Origin: Candidatus Poribacteria bacterium
GTDB taxonomy: Bacteria; Poribacteria; WGA-4E; WGA-3G
DNA: 64,000 nucleotides
Direction: 5' to 3'
NCBI GenBank assembly: GCA_003635185.1
Contig: PYJA01000069.1
Location: 1,027-65,026 of the forward strand
Shown here: positions 9,150 through 18,848 of the stretch, in pieces
How positions within the stretch are numbered: position 1 is the stretch's first letter
How the letters are laid out: every line of letters begins with the position of its first letter
Position numbers and translations under genes: made by a program
The notes under the pieces: generated by a model
What the model was told of the DNA's origin: nothing
Seen by the model: only the letters and a program-made list of their open reading frames with translations
Databases searched by the model: none

Positions 9150-12100
9150 ATGATGCTTAACCTATTTGGAAAGAATTCATCTGAACCAGAACAATTAAAC
9201 TGGCAAGAAACACCAGACGGTATCCTCTTTTCTGCACTATCAGAAAATTTGTTTCTCACAGAATACGCCGCGAACCTACCAGCAGATGCTCACCAGGCAC
9301 AAGCACAATGGATGTTACTCAAGGAACTACTTGATAACGGCCAAGCAGAATCATCAGATAGCGGAGTTCACATCCCAAATGAGGAAATATGCCAACTTAA
9401 GTCAGTTGAACAAGGGTTGCTCGGTTTACCAGAACCGTATCCGTTTGATATTGAAATCCGATCGCATGGAACATTTAATCAGACAGAGTTTCGGTACAAT
9501 TATCAATTCCTACAACCGGATCGAAAACCTTTGCATCCAAAACGAATTGGCTGTATTTTGCGTTTGACAAAGAATTGGATATATCTCTTGACGAGCGAAC
9601 AGTTTGGGCTTCTGGAGGCTTTAGATGCGTTCAATGCACGCGAGGATTCTGAGAAAGATTTTCAAAACAATCTGCTTGAATTCGCAAAGATAAAAGGTCT
9701 TGCAAAAGGGACAGGTGCCGCGCTTGAGCTTTACCTTAACCAAAATGAAGTTGTTGCGCCGGAAACCGTTCGCTTACGTCTGCGTGAGTCAGGTGATGAT
9801 ATTGAAATAATTCCTGACGTGGCAGGGGTTGACAATGAAAAGTTTGAAGAGCTCTTTGATAAATTTCCTAATCCTGAAGCCACCTATAATTTACCGCATC
9901 CTGACGGTGGCAGAACCCGCGTCCTTTTTCAAGAGAAACAGCGTGAAGCGTTGGAATCTATTAAAGAAAATCGGCGCGTGTCTCGCGAACAACTCGCGGA
10001 GATGGCTAAACACCCACAAGCATACTTTGATCCTGAAATCGTTGAACTTGATCCAACAGATGAAAGCCTATCTTTCAGTGAACGTGTTCGTGAAATTGGC
10101 ATTTACCAACCGAAAGTCTATCCGTTTATTTCGCCTTACAAAAGCCAATGGATCCCTGGTATTTTAGTTGACGATGATGAATCAGGTACGCGCACAAAGA
10201 TTCTGATTAAGACCGAAGAGGAGCTTGCCGAATTGAAGGAAGCGATTAGGGAGGCAAAGCGGACTGGTCAGAGTCATGTGACACGAAATGGAGAACAGAT
10301 TCCGATTTCTGATCTTGAGGAACTTCTCCCATTTATTGAGGACCAACTCATAGATCGCAAAAAGCCGAAACGGAAACCGGAAATGACGGTTTTAATTATT
10401 GATGAGAACATTGAAGAGCGTGGTTTCATTGGAAAAACTAAGGGTGAGGAACCTATTCAACATCACCTTGAACCTACTCCAAACCTTAAACATGAGGTTA
10501 AACTCTTACCGCATCAGGAGGAAGGACTTGCGTGGGCGCAGCAGCTTTGGAAAAAAACTTATCCTGGTGGATTACTCGCTGATGACATGGGACTTGGCAA
10601 AACGTTGCAAGTACTCTGCTTTCTGGAATGGCATCATAGCAAATTTCGTCAGCAAGAATCGCACCGGCAACCGTACCTGATTGTCGCACCAATTGCACTT
10701 TTAGAAAACTGGGCAGCGGAATATCCAAAATTTTTTGACAACGGCGCGTTAGATTTTGTTACCTTATATGGAAAGGAATTACAAAACTACAAAATTGACT
10801 CTTCCGAAGCCAGCAAAATCCAAATTCCTGAGATAGATGGAGTGGAACGACTTGTAGAATTACGCAAACGTCGTGGCGCGCTTGATGTCAAACGCCTACG
10901 TAATGCTGATGTAGTGTTAACAACCTATGAAACTGTCCGAGATTTTCAGCTGGATTTGGGTTCAATTCCGTGGGGAGCAGTTGTGATTGACGAAGCGCAA
11001 CGTATCAAAACACCAGGAACACTTGTCACGAATGCGCTGAAAGCACTGAATACAGATTTTCGCATCGCAATGACAGGAACACCTGTCGAAAACTCGTTAA
11101 TGGATTTATGGTGCATAACCGATTTTGTGGCACCGGGTTATCTTGATAGTGCTAAAAGTTTCAATACTGAATTTTGCCGCCCTCTTGAAAAACCTGAGAC
11201 AGATATTCGGGCACTTGGCGAGCAAATTCGCAAGCGCATTGGTGTTCACCTTAAAAGACGGCTAAAGACTGAAATTCTGGATGATCTTCCCGAAAAACAC
11301 ATTCATGTTGAAAATTGTCAACATGAAATGCCTCCAACACAAGTAGAACGTTATCAGGCTGCACTACAATCCACAAAAGACAGTGGAGCAACAGGACCGC
11401 AACAACGCAACCGCATCTTACAGGTTCTTCACCAATTACGCGACATTTCTGACCATCCCTTGTTATCTGATTCAAAAGGAGAAGAATCGCCTATTTCTGA
11501 ATTGATCGAACAGTCTGCTAAACTAATAGTAACTGTAAAACTACTTGAGGACATTCAGGTTACTGGCGAAAAGGTAATTTTGTTTGCAGACCGTCGAAAA
11601 ACGCAGCATCTTCTTGCGCGCGTTATTAAGGAACAATTTGAGTTAGGAGATATTTCTATTGTCAACGGGGATACGCCAGGAAGTAAACAGAGAGAAGGTT
11701 CAATGAAAATCAGTCGTCAACAAGCCGTTGATAGTTTCCAAGATACTCCAGGATTCAACGCTATCATCATGTCACCTCTTTCTGCTGGTGTCGGTCTGAA
11801 TATCACTGAAGCAAACCATGTGATTCACTATAGTCGATGGTGGAATCCTGCTAAAGAAGACCAAGCGAGTGACAGAGTATATCGTATCGGACAAAAACGA
11901 CCAGTACATATCTATCTGCCAATGGCTACCCACAGTGAGTTTAAAACCTTTGATGTCATTCTACATGAACTCCTTGAGCGAAAACGCCAACTTTCACAAG
12001 ATACGTTGTTTCCCACTGAACGTGCAGAAGTTAAACCGGCGGAGTTTTTATCTGAGTTGCAGAAAACCCCACCTGAACCGAAAATAGGTTCACCATTGAC

Positions 12101-12527
12101 AATTGAGGATGTTGATGAACTTGATCCAAGATTCTTTGAAGTTTTTATTGCCACCTTATTTCAGAGACAGGGATACCACGTTGAATTAACACCTACTTCA
12201 GGTGACAAGGGAGCGGATGTTATCGTTCATGGGGCTCGAGGGGAAAATTCTGGGTTTCTGATACAGGTCAAACAGCGTCGAGTGGGTGGAAAACCAAAGA
12301 ATGAAGCAGTAAATGAGATTATCGCTGCAAAACCTTTTTATGAAGAAAAATATGGGACTACTTTTAAACCCGTTGTCATAACAAATCGTACTTTTACTAA
12401 AGAGGCGCGCCGTCTCAGTCGTACGAATGAGGTGCAGATGTACGAACGTGAGTGGATAATTGAAAATTTGAAGCAATATCCTGTAACATGGATAGATGTA
12501 AATCGATGTCAGTTTCAAACAGTTTAG
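9150..12527 (+). CDS. zorD: ZorD-like protein: SNF2-family helicase with a C-terminal Mrr-like (PD-D/ExK) nuclease domain
   Basis: SNF2 motifs: LLPHQEEGLAW, LADDMGLGKTLQ, VIDEAQRIKT, MTGTPVENSLMDLW. Helicase-C: SAGVGLNITEANHVIHYSRWWNPAKEDQASDRVYRIGQ. C-terminal Mrr_cat-like block: FEVFIATLFQRQGYHV...SGDKGADVIV...LIQVKQRR. Confidence 0.85.
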   Translation: MMLNLFGKNSSEPEQLNWQETPDGILFSALSENLFLTEYAANLPADAHQAQAQWMLLKELLDNGQAESSDSGVHIPNEEICQLKSVEQGLLGLPEPYPFDIEIRSHGTFNQTEFRYNYQFLQPDRKPLHPKRIGCILRLTKNWIYLLTSEQFGLLEALDAFNAREDSEKDFQNNLLEFAKIKGLAKGTGAALELYLNQNEVVAPETVRLRLRESGDDIEIIPDVAGVDNEKFEELFDKFPNPEATYNLPHPDGGRTRVLFQEKQREALESIKENRRVSREQLAEMAKHPQAYFDPEIVELDPTDESLSFSERVREIGIYQPKVYPFISPYKSQWIPGILVDDDESGTRTKILIKTEEELAELKEAIREAKRTGQSHVTRNGEQIPISDLEELLPFIEDQLIDRKKPKRKPEMTVLIIDENIEERGFIGKTKGEEPIQHHLEPTPNLKHEVKLLPHQEEGLAWAQQLWKKTYPGGLLADDMGLGKTLQVLCFLEWHHSKFRQQESHRQPYLIVAPIALLENWAAEYPKFFDNGALDFVTLYGKELQNYKIDSSEASKIQIPEIDGVERLVELRKRRGALDVKRLRNADVVLTTYETVRDFQLDLGSIPWGAVVIDEAQRIKTPGTLVTNALKALNTDFRIAMTGTPVENSLMDLWCITDFVAPGYLDSAKSFNTEFCRPLEKPETDIRALGEQIRKRIGVHLKRRLKTEILDDLPEKHIHVENCQHEMPPTQVERYQAALQSTKDSGATGPQQRNRILQVLHQLRDISDHPLLSDSKGEESPISELIEQSAKLIVTVKLLEDIQVTGEKVILFADRRKTQHLLARVIKEQFELGDISIVNGDTPGSKQREGSMKISRQQAVDSFQDTPGFNAIIMSPLSAGVGLNITEANHVIHYSRWWNPAKEDQASDRVYRIGQKRPVHIYLPMATHSEFKTFDVILHELLERKRQLSQDTLFPTERAEVKPAEFLSELQKTPPEPKIGSPLTIEDVDELDPRFFEVFIATLFQRQGYHVELTPTSGDKGADVIVHGARGENSGFLIQVKQRRVGGKPKNEAVNEIIAAKPFYEEKYGTTFKPVVITNRTFTKEARRLSRTNEVQMYEREWIIENLKQYPVTWIDVNRCQFQTV

Positions 12528-12536
12528 AGGAAAACC

Positions 12537-13019
12537 ATGACACCACAACAACCCATAAACATCCAAGTCAACCCTACCATCACTGCCGATGCGTTATTCA
12601 ACTTCTATGAACGAAACAACATTTGTGAAGTAGGGTTCGGCAAAGAAGGCGCAGCAAGGATATTGGAACACCCACATCTGATCGTAGCTGCCTACCTTGA
12701 AACTGAAATGATCGGACTGGCACGCGCTACCTTTGACGGTCTTTCTGCGCACATCATGGAATTTTCCATTGACATTCGTTTTCAAGGAGACGATCTGAAA
12801 TACAACAACGGATCGCTAATTGAATCAGATAATAGCAGATTAGGGGTTCTGTTGGGTGAACGCTTATGTCTTGAGCTTGAAAAAATGGGCGCAACCTTCA
12901 TCACGGGTTATATCGTTGAAAATTACGAAGAGTCCTTTTATCGCTCAATTGGTTTCAAGGAAAACGAAGGGCATCTGGTCTATTACATTGACACACGTCC
13001 TTATGTAACGGAATCCTAA
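12537..13019 (+). CDS. putative GNAT-family acetyltransferase
   Basis: Size (160 aa) and the C-terminal YEESFYRSIGFKENEG block fit the GNAT pattern. Similarity is weak. The gene starts 10 nt after the zorD stop. Confidence 0.45.
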   Translation: MTPQQPINIQVNPTITADALFNFYERNNICEVGFGKEGAARILEHPHLIVAAYLETEMIGLARATFDGLSAHIMEFSIDIRFQGDDLKYNNGSLIESDNSRLGVLLGERLCLELEKMGATFITGYIVENYEESFYRSIGFKENEGHLVYYIDTRPYVTES

Positions 13020-13052
13020 CAAACCTCTGTAGTCAATCTCAGAGCCTCCTAA

Positions 13053-13448
<396 letters not shown>

Positions 13449-13515
13449 AAGACCACTTGCAATGCGTAGAGTTTCCATACATAATTCATGGTCTGTGTTG
13501 GAATTGAGGAATATA

Positions 13516-13718
13516 ATGATGAAATATGAATATAAAACTTTGAGAGTTCGTCAAAAGGCTGGGGTTTTAAGTCCAGAAAGATTCCTGATCTTGAAAGCAT
13601 CCTTAATCGTGAAGGGCAAGAAGGTTGGAGACTTCGTGAGGTTATTCAACCAGCAGCATCTTTTGGGGAAACAACTGCCGTAATCATGGTTTTTGAAAGA
13701 GTTTTATCGGTTTCCTAA
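13516..13718 (+). pseudogene. DUF4177-like small gene with an apparent frameshift near codon 9
   Basis: Frame A gives MMKYEYKTL. The rest of the family-like sequence (KGWGFKSRKIPDLESILNREGQEGWRLREVIQP...TTAVIMVFERV) is in the -1 frame, which has no start codon of its own. The shift lies around the aaaa run at about 13535-13545. Confidence 0.5.
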
Positions 13719-13842
13719 CCTCGTCAATGTCCAGGTAATTGTGGATTTTACTATAAGTCCAGACCTTATAATCTGTGATAGTGATATATTTAGCAAACAC
13801 ATCACTTTATTGAAATCAGGTCATACTTCAGGAGAATTATAA

Positions 13843-14667
13843 ATGCGGAAATACCGATGGATAGCCATTATCGCTCTAATTGGTTGGACGGTTTACTTTG
13901 CCAGTTGCACGAAAGTGCAGAAAGAGCCAATACCTGTTATGCCTGGTGTATCAGATGCGAAACAGGTAGATCATCCGATGGATGTTCTGATTTATACCGG
14001 TAGTACCTCATGGATAACATTAGAAAACGCAAGAATTGAAGCAAGCATAACAAAAAGTCTTTTGGAATCCAATGGAATTCGCGCAGCAATAACAGAAAGT
14101 GATGAATCACTTAGCAGCTGGATGTTGGAGACAACCGCAAACGGTGCTGTGAATGTGTGTATCCTTTATGGCGTTTTACCTTCAACAATCTATGCCCCTG
14201 GGAATACCGAGCCCGATGGGTCTATTGCTGAAAACTGGATTGAAACAACGGATGGTGATACGATTTTAAATCATGCAGATTATTTAGGTTATTACAGTTC
14301 AGACGAGACACCCAACTACAAGGCACCTCTGCAAAACCTTATGGACCTTCCCAATATTGATATTAATGTTGAGCATTTTGAGAACCTATTTATGTATGTC
14401 ACTGAGGGCGGCAGAACATTAACCCCGAATTTAGTCAATTTTGAATCAGACAGACCCTTCCCTTTGGAACAACTCGGCTCTGAATGGTCCGCTGAAAAGA
14501 TTTTTGCAAGTAATACCGGGGATGTTCAAGGAACTTTGGCAGATCCTATAATACTTCGAGATGGAAATCGAGGCAGACTCGCGATGGTCCACCAAACACA
14601 TCATGGGGATAATCCGAAAGGGGTAGTCGCAGCGGAGATTATCATCAATTATCTTTTCGCTGAATAG
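13843..14667 (+). CDS. hypothetical lipoprotein (paralogue 1)
   Basis: Signal peptide ending in FASC (lipobox-like). It is a clear paralogue of the next gene. Confidence 0.75.
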   Translation: MRKYRWIAIIALIGWTVYFASCTKVQKEPIPVMPGVSDAKQVDHPMDVLIYTGSTSWITLENARIEASITKSLLESNGIRAAITESDESLSSWMLETTANGAVNVCILYGVLPSTIYAPGNTEPDGSIAENWIETTDGDTILNHADYLGYYSSDETPNYKAPLQNLMDLPNIDINVEHFENLFMYVTEGGRTLTPNLVNFESDRPFPLEQLGSEWSAEKIFASNTGDVQGTLADPIILRDGNRGRLAMVHQTHHGDNPKGVVAAEIIINYLFAE

Positions 14668-14777
14668 GTTTAAGTGTAGTTCCGTTCAACGACCTATCCA
14701 ACAAGATAAACTATAACCTTCATTCAGGATGATTTTAGTACTCAGGACTTACACATTTTATTCAAGGAGAATTATCA

Positions 14778-15623
14778 GTGCAAAAATACCAATGGTTAGT
14801 TTTTATTGCTTTAATAGGTTGGACGGTTTCCTTTGCCAGTTGCAATAAAACGCATAAAGTAGAGGGCCCTGTCGCTTCCAAAGAAATGGTAAAGCAGAAA
14901 CCATCGGACGTTATACCCGTTGAACCTATAGACCGTCCAGCAGATGTTTTGATTTATATAGGTAAAACCTTGTGGATTAGTCCGGAAAATGCAGAAAATG
15001 AAGCAGAAATGACAGAATTTCTCTTAGAATCAGAGAATATTCAAGTGGAAATAACAAAAAGTAAGGAAGCTGTCAGAGATTGGATGCTGCAAACAACTGC
15101 AAACGGTGTCGTGAATGTCTGTATCCTTTACGGTGTTTTACCTTCCACCATCTATCCATCAGGAAATGCGCAACCCGATGGTTCTGTCGCCGAAAACTGG
15201 ATTGAAACAACGGATGGCGATACAATTTTGAATCATGCGGATTATTTTGGGTATAACAGTTCAGAAGGGACAGCCAACGAACGGGGTGCTATGCAAAACC
15301 TAATGGACCTCCCCGAAATTGAGATTAATGTATATGAACACAACATAGATATGTTTGTTACAGTAGAAGGTAGTAGATTAGCCCCAAGTATGGTCCACTT
15401 TAGATCTGACAGACCTTTTCCTTTAGATCAGCTTGAAGATGAATGGTTTGCTGAAAAGATTCTTGCAAGCGATACTGGGAATACTCAGGCAACCTTGGCA
15501 GATCCTATCATTGTGCGAGATGGTGATCGTGGCAGATTAGCGATTGTTTTTCATACTCTGTATAAAAATAATCCGAAAGCCGAAGTTGCGGCACAGATAA
15601 TCAACTATCTCTTAACGCAATAG
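14778..15623 (+). CDS. hypothetical lipoprotein (paralogue 2, GTG start)
   Basis: Signal peptide ending in FASC. Long identical blocks are shared with 13843-14667 (TTANG.VNVCILYGVLPSTIY, ENWIETTDGDTILNHADY). The ggagaattat leader is the same in both genes. Confidence 0.75.
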   Translation: MQKYQWLVFIALIGWTVSFASCNKTHKVEGPVASKEMVKQKPSDVIPVEPIDRPADVLIYIGKTLWISPENAENEAEMTEFLLESENIQVEITKSKEAVRDWMLQTTANGVVNVCILYGVLPSTIYPSGNAQPDGSVAENWIETTDGDTILNHADYFGYNSSEGTANERGAMQNLMDLPEIEINVYEHNIDMFVTVEGSRLAPSMVHFRSDRPFPLDQLEDEWFAEKILASDTGNTQATLADPIIVRDGDRGRLAIVFHTLYKNNPKAEVAAQIINYLLTQ

Positions 15624-15668
15624 AATCAGGCAGATTGCCTATGCAAGACGCTCATCTGTCAGAATAAA

Positions 15669-16637
15669 CTATTGAACTATCTCAACGATAATGCCGAAGT
15701 TTTTTGCCTCCGCTTCTGCCAGTACTACCGATGCGGCAACGGCATCTTGCACTGCTACACCTACCGATTTGAAAAAAGTAATTTCTTCATCTGACTGCCG
15801 CCCCTGTTTATCGCCGTTGACGATTTCACCGATTTCAGCATCAATTTGCGCATTCGGAATAATCAGGTCTCCCGCCTCTTCTAAACAGGCTTCCCGCGAA
15901 TCCACTATAATTCGGTTTGCCCGTCTGATTGTTGTTGTATCAACTTCCCGTTTTTCTGGTACGAATGTGCCAACGGCTGTGATGTGTGTTCCCAATTGTA
16001 GGTCGTTTCCATCAAAAAGCGGGATTGACGATGTAGTCGCACAAATAACGATGTCAGCATCTTTCACAACTTCTTGTGGCGTAGGGGCAAGATTGACTTC
16101 GGGGGCATCAATCCATTCTGATATTTCGGCTGCGAGTTGTTGTGCGGAGGCTTGTGTACGACTGACGAGATTGACGCATGCAATATCTCTAACTGCCATG
16201 ACTGCTTGCAACTGTGCCCGCGCCTGTACACCCGCCCCGAACAATCCAACCGTTTTTGCGTCCTTCCGTGCAAGTAAATCTGCTGCTACACCACCACCTG
16301 CCCCAGTTCTGATAGCAGTAAGGCTGGTACCGTCCATGAACGCTTTTGGCGATCCTGTCGCTGGATCAAGCACTAAGACTGTTGCAGTAATACGAGGCAA
16401 ATTAAGGTTCGGATTATCGTCATAAACGGAGACAACTTTGATTCCAAACTCACTCCGTTCAGGCAGATAGGCGGGCATTATGAGCGTAACACCTTTGTCC
16501 GTGGAGAGATGTTGTCGGGATGGTGCGGTCACCTTGCCTGCTGAAAGTTGACTGTAGGCGTGCCGCATCGCATCAATCGCTTTGGGCATGGGTAAAGTTG
16601 CGCGAACATCGGAAGCAGAGAGGATTCTAATGGGCAT
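15669..16637 (-). CDS. ornithine cyclodeaminase / mu-crystallin family oxidoreductase
   Basis: Family-typical length (322 aa), Rossmann motif GLFGAGVQA, and overall sequence pattern. Confidence 0.85.
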   Translation of the reverse strand: MPIRILSASDVRATLPMPKAIDAMRHAYSQLSAGKVTAPSRQHLSTDKGVTLIMPAYLPERSEFGIKVVSVYDDNPNLNLPRITATVLVLDPATGSPKAFMDGTSLTAIRTGAGGGVAADLLARKDAKTVGLFGAGVQARAQLQAVMAVRDIACVNLVSRTQASAQQLAAEISEWIDAPEVNLAPTPQEVVKDADIVICATTSSIPLFDGNDLQLGTHITAVGTFVPEKREVDTTTIRRANRIIVDSREACLEEAGDLIIPNAQIDAEIGEIVNGDKQGRQSDEEITFFKSVGVAVQDAVAASVVLAEAEAKNFGIIVEIVQ

Positions 16638-16641
16638 ACGA

Positions 16642-17745
16642 TCACTCCACGTGGACCACTACTTCGCCTAACACATTCATGTCAGGGATGATTCCTAAGC
16701 CAGGTTGCGTTGCGGCTGCCATTCTGCCGTTAACCCGTTGCGGTGCCCCCTCCGCTGTGCTGACGGTGACATAGCTATTAAAATCGGTTGCTGTGAAAAG
16801 AAACTCTGTCGGTGTGCTGTGGGCAAGATGAGCAATCGCGGAGGTTGTAATATCGCCCCCCCAACTATCTTCAATCGTCATCGCAATGCCAAGTTCAACG
16901 CAGAGGTCTCTTGCAAGTTTTGCTTTTGTCAGTCCACCGAATTTACTAATCTTTATGTTAACGACATCCATTGCTCTGTCTGCATGACCGCGTAACAACG
17001 CATGGATACTATCAATCGTCTCGTCCAGCACAAAGGGATGATCTGTCCGTTCACGAATGGCAAGGCATTCTTCGTAGGATAGACAGGGTTGTTCAATGTA
17101 GACATCCACATCGCTCACACCGCGAACCACGCGAACTGCTTGATGCATCAGCCAACCGGTATTTGCATCTGCAATTAACACATCCCCCGGTTCCATCAAT
17201 TCGGAGACCGCATGAATACGTTCAATATCGGTGTTTGGGTCTCCACCTACTTTCAATTGAAATTTTCGATACCCTTCCGCGCGGTAGGTAGCAACCTTTT
17301 CTGCCATCTCGTCTGGGGATTGTTGCGAAATTGCACGGTAGAGCATAAAATCCTCACCATACCTACCACCAAGAAGTGTGCATATCGATTGATCTGAAAC
17401 CTTGCCGAGAATATCCCAACACGCGATGTCAATCCCTGATTTTACATAAGGATGTCCTTTGAGCGCGGTATCCATGCGTTGATTGAGCGGAAGCAGTTGA
17501 GTCGGGTCTTCACCGATGAGGTGCGGTGCAAGTTCCGCAATGCCAGTGCGGACACCTGTCGAGTATGCGGGGAGATAGAACGGTCCCAGCGGACAAACTT
17601 CACCGTAGCCAGTGACACCTTCATCTGTTTCAACAGCAACGATGGTGCTATCAAAAACAGATACAGATTTCCCGCCTGACCATTTGTAGCTGCCTTCATG
17701 TAGCGGAAGGTCAACTTGATAAGCTTTTATACTACGAATTTTCAC
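16642..17745 (-). CDS. enolase-superfamily enzyme (mandelate racemase/muconate lactonizing family; possibly a proline-derivative dehydratase/epimerase)
   Basis: Blocks [25 protein letters not shown] and [10 protein letters not shown] chose the GTG at 17745, which follows GGAG; the ORF track extends to 17829. Confidence 0.85.
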   Translation of the reverse strand: MKIRSIKAYQVDLPLHEGSYKWSGGKSVSVFDSTIVAVETDEGVTGYGEVCPLGPFYLPAYSTGVRTGIAELAPHLIGEDPTQLLPLNQRMDTALKGHPYVKSGIDIACWDILGKVSDQSICTLLGGRYGEDFMLYRAISQQSPDEMAEKVATYRAEGYRKFQLKVGGDPNTDIERIHAVSELMEPGDVLIADANTGWLMHQAVRVVRGVSDVDVYIEQPCLSYEECLAIRERTDHPFVLDETIDSIHALLRGHADRAMDVVNIKISKFGGLTKAKLARDLCVELGIAMTIEDSWGGDITTSAIAHLAHSTPTEFLFTATDFNSYVTVSTAEGAPQRVNGRMAAATQPGLGIIPDMNVLGEVVVHVE

Positions 17746-17807
17746 ATAAACTCCAAACGTGAAGGACAAATTATTTATACTCTTCACTGCCATATAAATG
17801 GATTTTT

Positions 17808-18788
17808 CTAAATAGGAACGCAAAAACATTCGTTAATTGGTGCATTTTTATCCGTTGTTTCGTTTGTTTGTTGAAAAAGAGGCAATTGTTTTCTCAGCCT
17901 CTCACAATCATATTCCAACCACTTCATTGCAAAGTCTGCAAACTCGGGATTTATTTCTATGCCAAGATATTCAACGCCTAACGCTTTCGCCACAACACAT
18001 TCCGAACCCGAACCGGCAAACGGCACAAGTACTCTGCCATCTGCTCCATTGATACGAGATAGGATGAGTCGTCTCGTTAATTCCATCGGTTTTTGAGTGG
18101 GATGCTTCAAAATGTCGTGTTCACGGTGTTCAGATAAATCGGCAGGAGGATAAATTTGAGATCCGCACGTTCTACAAACAAACCATCTTTCAGAACGACC
18201 AGCACCACCTGCTAAAGCCGGAATTTTGATAACATCTCTCGGCAAAGCACCATTTTTATGGGCATTATAAATAGTCATTTTGCCTGGTGAACCGTAGCGC
18301 GAAGGCGTGTCTTTTCGGACTTTTCCTGCAGCGTTCTTTAAGAAACTTTCGGTATAAGGTTCTCTGATTTGGTCTATCTCCAAATTGGTGCGCGGCATAT
18401 TCGGTTTCCACAGACACAATATTGTTTCGTGAGACCTTTGCCAAAATTTTAATGACGGGACAGTCTTGTTGGTATAATGCCATACTAACCAACGTTGCTC
18501 GTGGATAGGGAAACAAACAGATATTCTTGCAATAATTTCTGGAAACCCATACAAGTAGAGTAAGCCATCATCTGTGAGGAGTTCAAGGCAGTCTTTTATC
18601 CATGATTCTGCCCATTCAACATAATTGTCTATCGGCATCACTTCAGTATCATTACCAAAATCTTTACCGATGTTGTAGGGCGGATCAGCAATAATCACCT
18701 GATATTGCTTGCCAGTCTTGATTAACTGTGGCAATACTTCCGTTGTGTCTGCAACGATAATCGTATTAGTGAATGTATCTGCCTTCAT
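17808..18788 (-). CDS. DNA methyltransferase M1 (N6-adenine/N4-cytosine, beta-class order: DPPY before FxGxG)
   Basis: Motif [10 protein letters not shown], then HPTQKP, then motif [12 protein letters not shown]. The ATG at 18788 (MKADTF...) is supported by the duplicated relic at 20495-20568. Confidence 0.9.
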   Translation of the reverse strand: MKADTFTNTIIVADTTEVLPQLIKTGKQYQVIIADPPYNIGKDFGNDTEVMPIDNYVEWAESWIKDCLELLTDDGLLYLYGFPEIIARISVCFPIHEQRWLVWHYTNKTVPSLKFWQRSHETILCLWKPNMPRTNLEIDQIREPYTESFLKNAAGKVRKDTPSRYGSPGKMTIYNAHKNGALPRDVIKIPALAGGAGRSERWFVCRTCGSQIYPPADLSEHREHDILKHPTQKPMELTRRLILSRINGADGRVLVPFAGSGSECVVAKALGVEYLGIEINPEFADFAMKWLEYDCERLRKQLPLFQQTNETTDKNAPINECFCVPI

Positions 18789-18848
18789 GTTTTGTTCCGA
18801 ATGACGTAGATTAGTAGTGCAACTATCAAAACTCAATTTTTTATGGTA

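Noticed and set aside
15691-16425. Long antisense ORFs. Examples are 15691..16425 (+), 531..1331 (-), 25560..26318 (-), 3004..3384 (-) and 41264..41791 (+).
   Set aside because: Each lies opposite a gene with strong family motifs. Their translations are low-complexity (Ser/Ala/Arg/Cys-rich) with no recognisable motifs. They are typical shadow ORFs.
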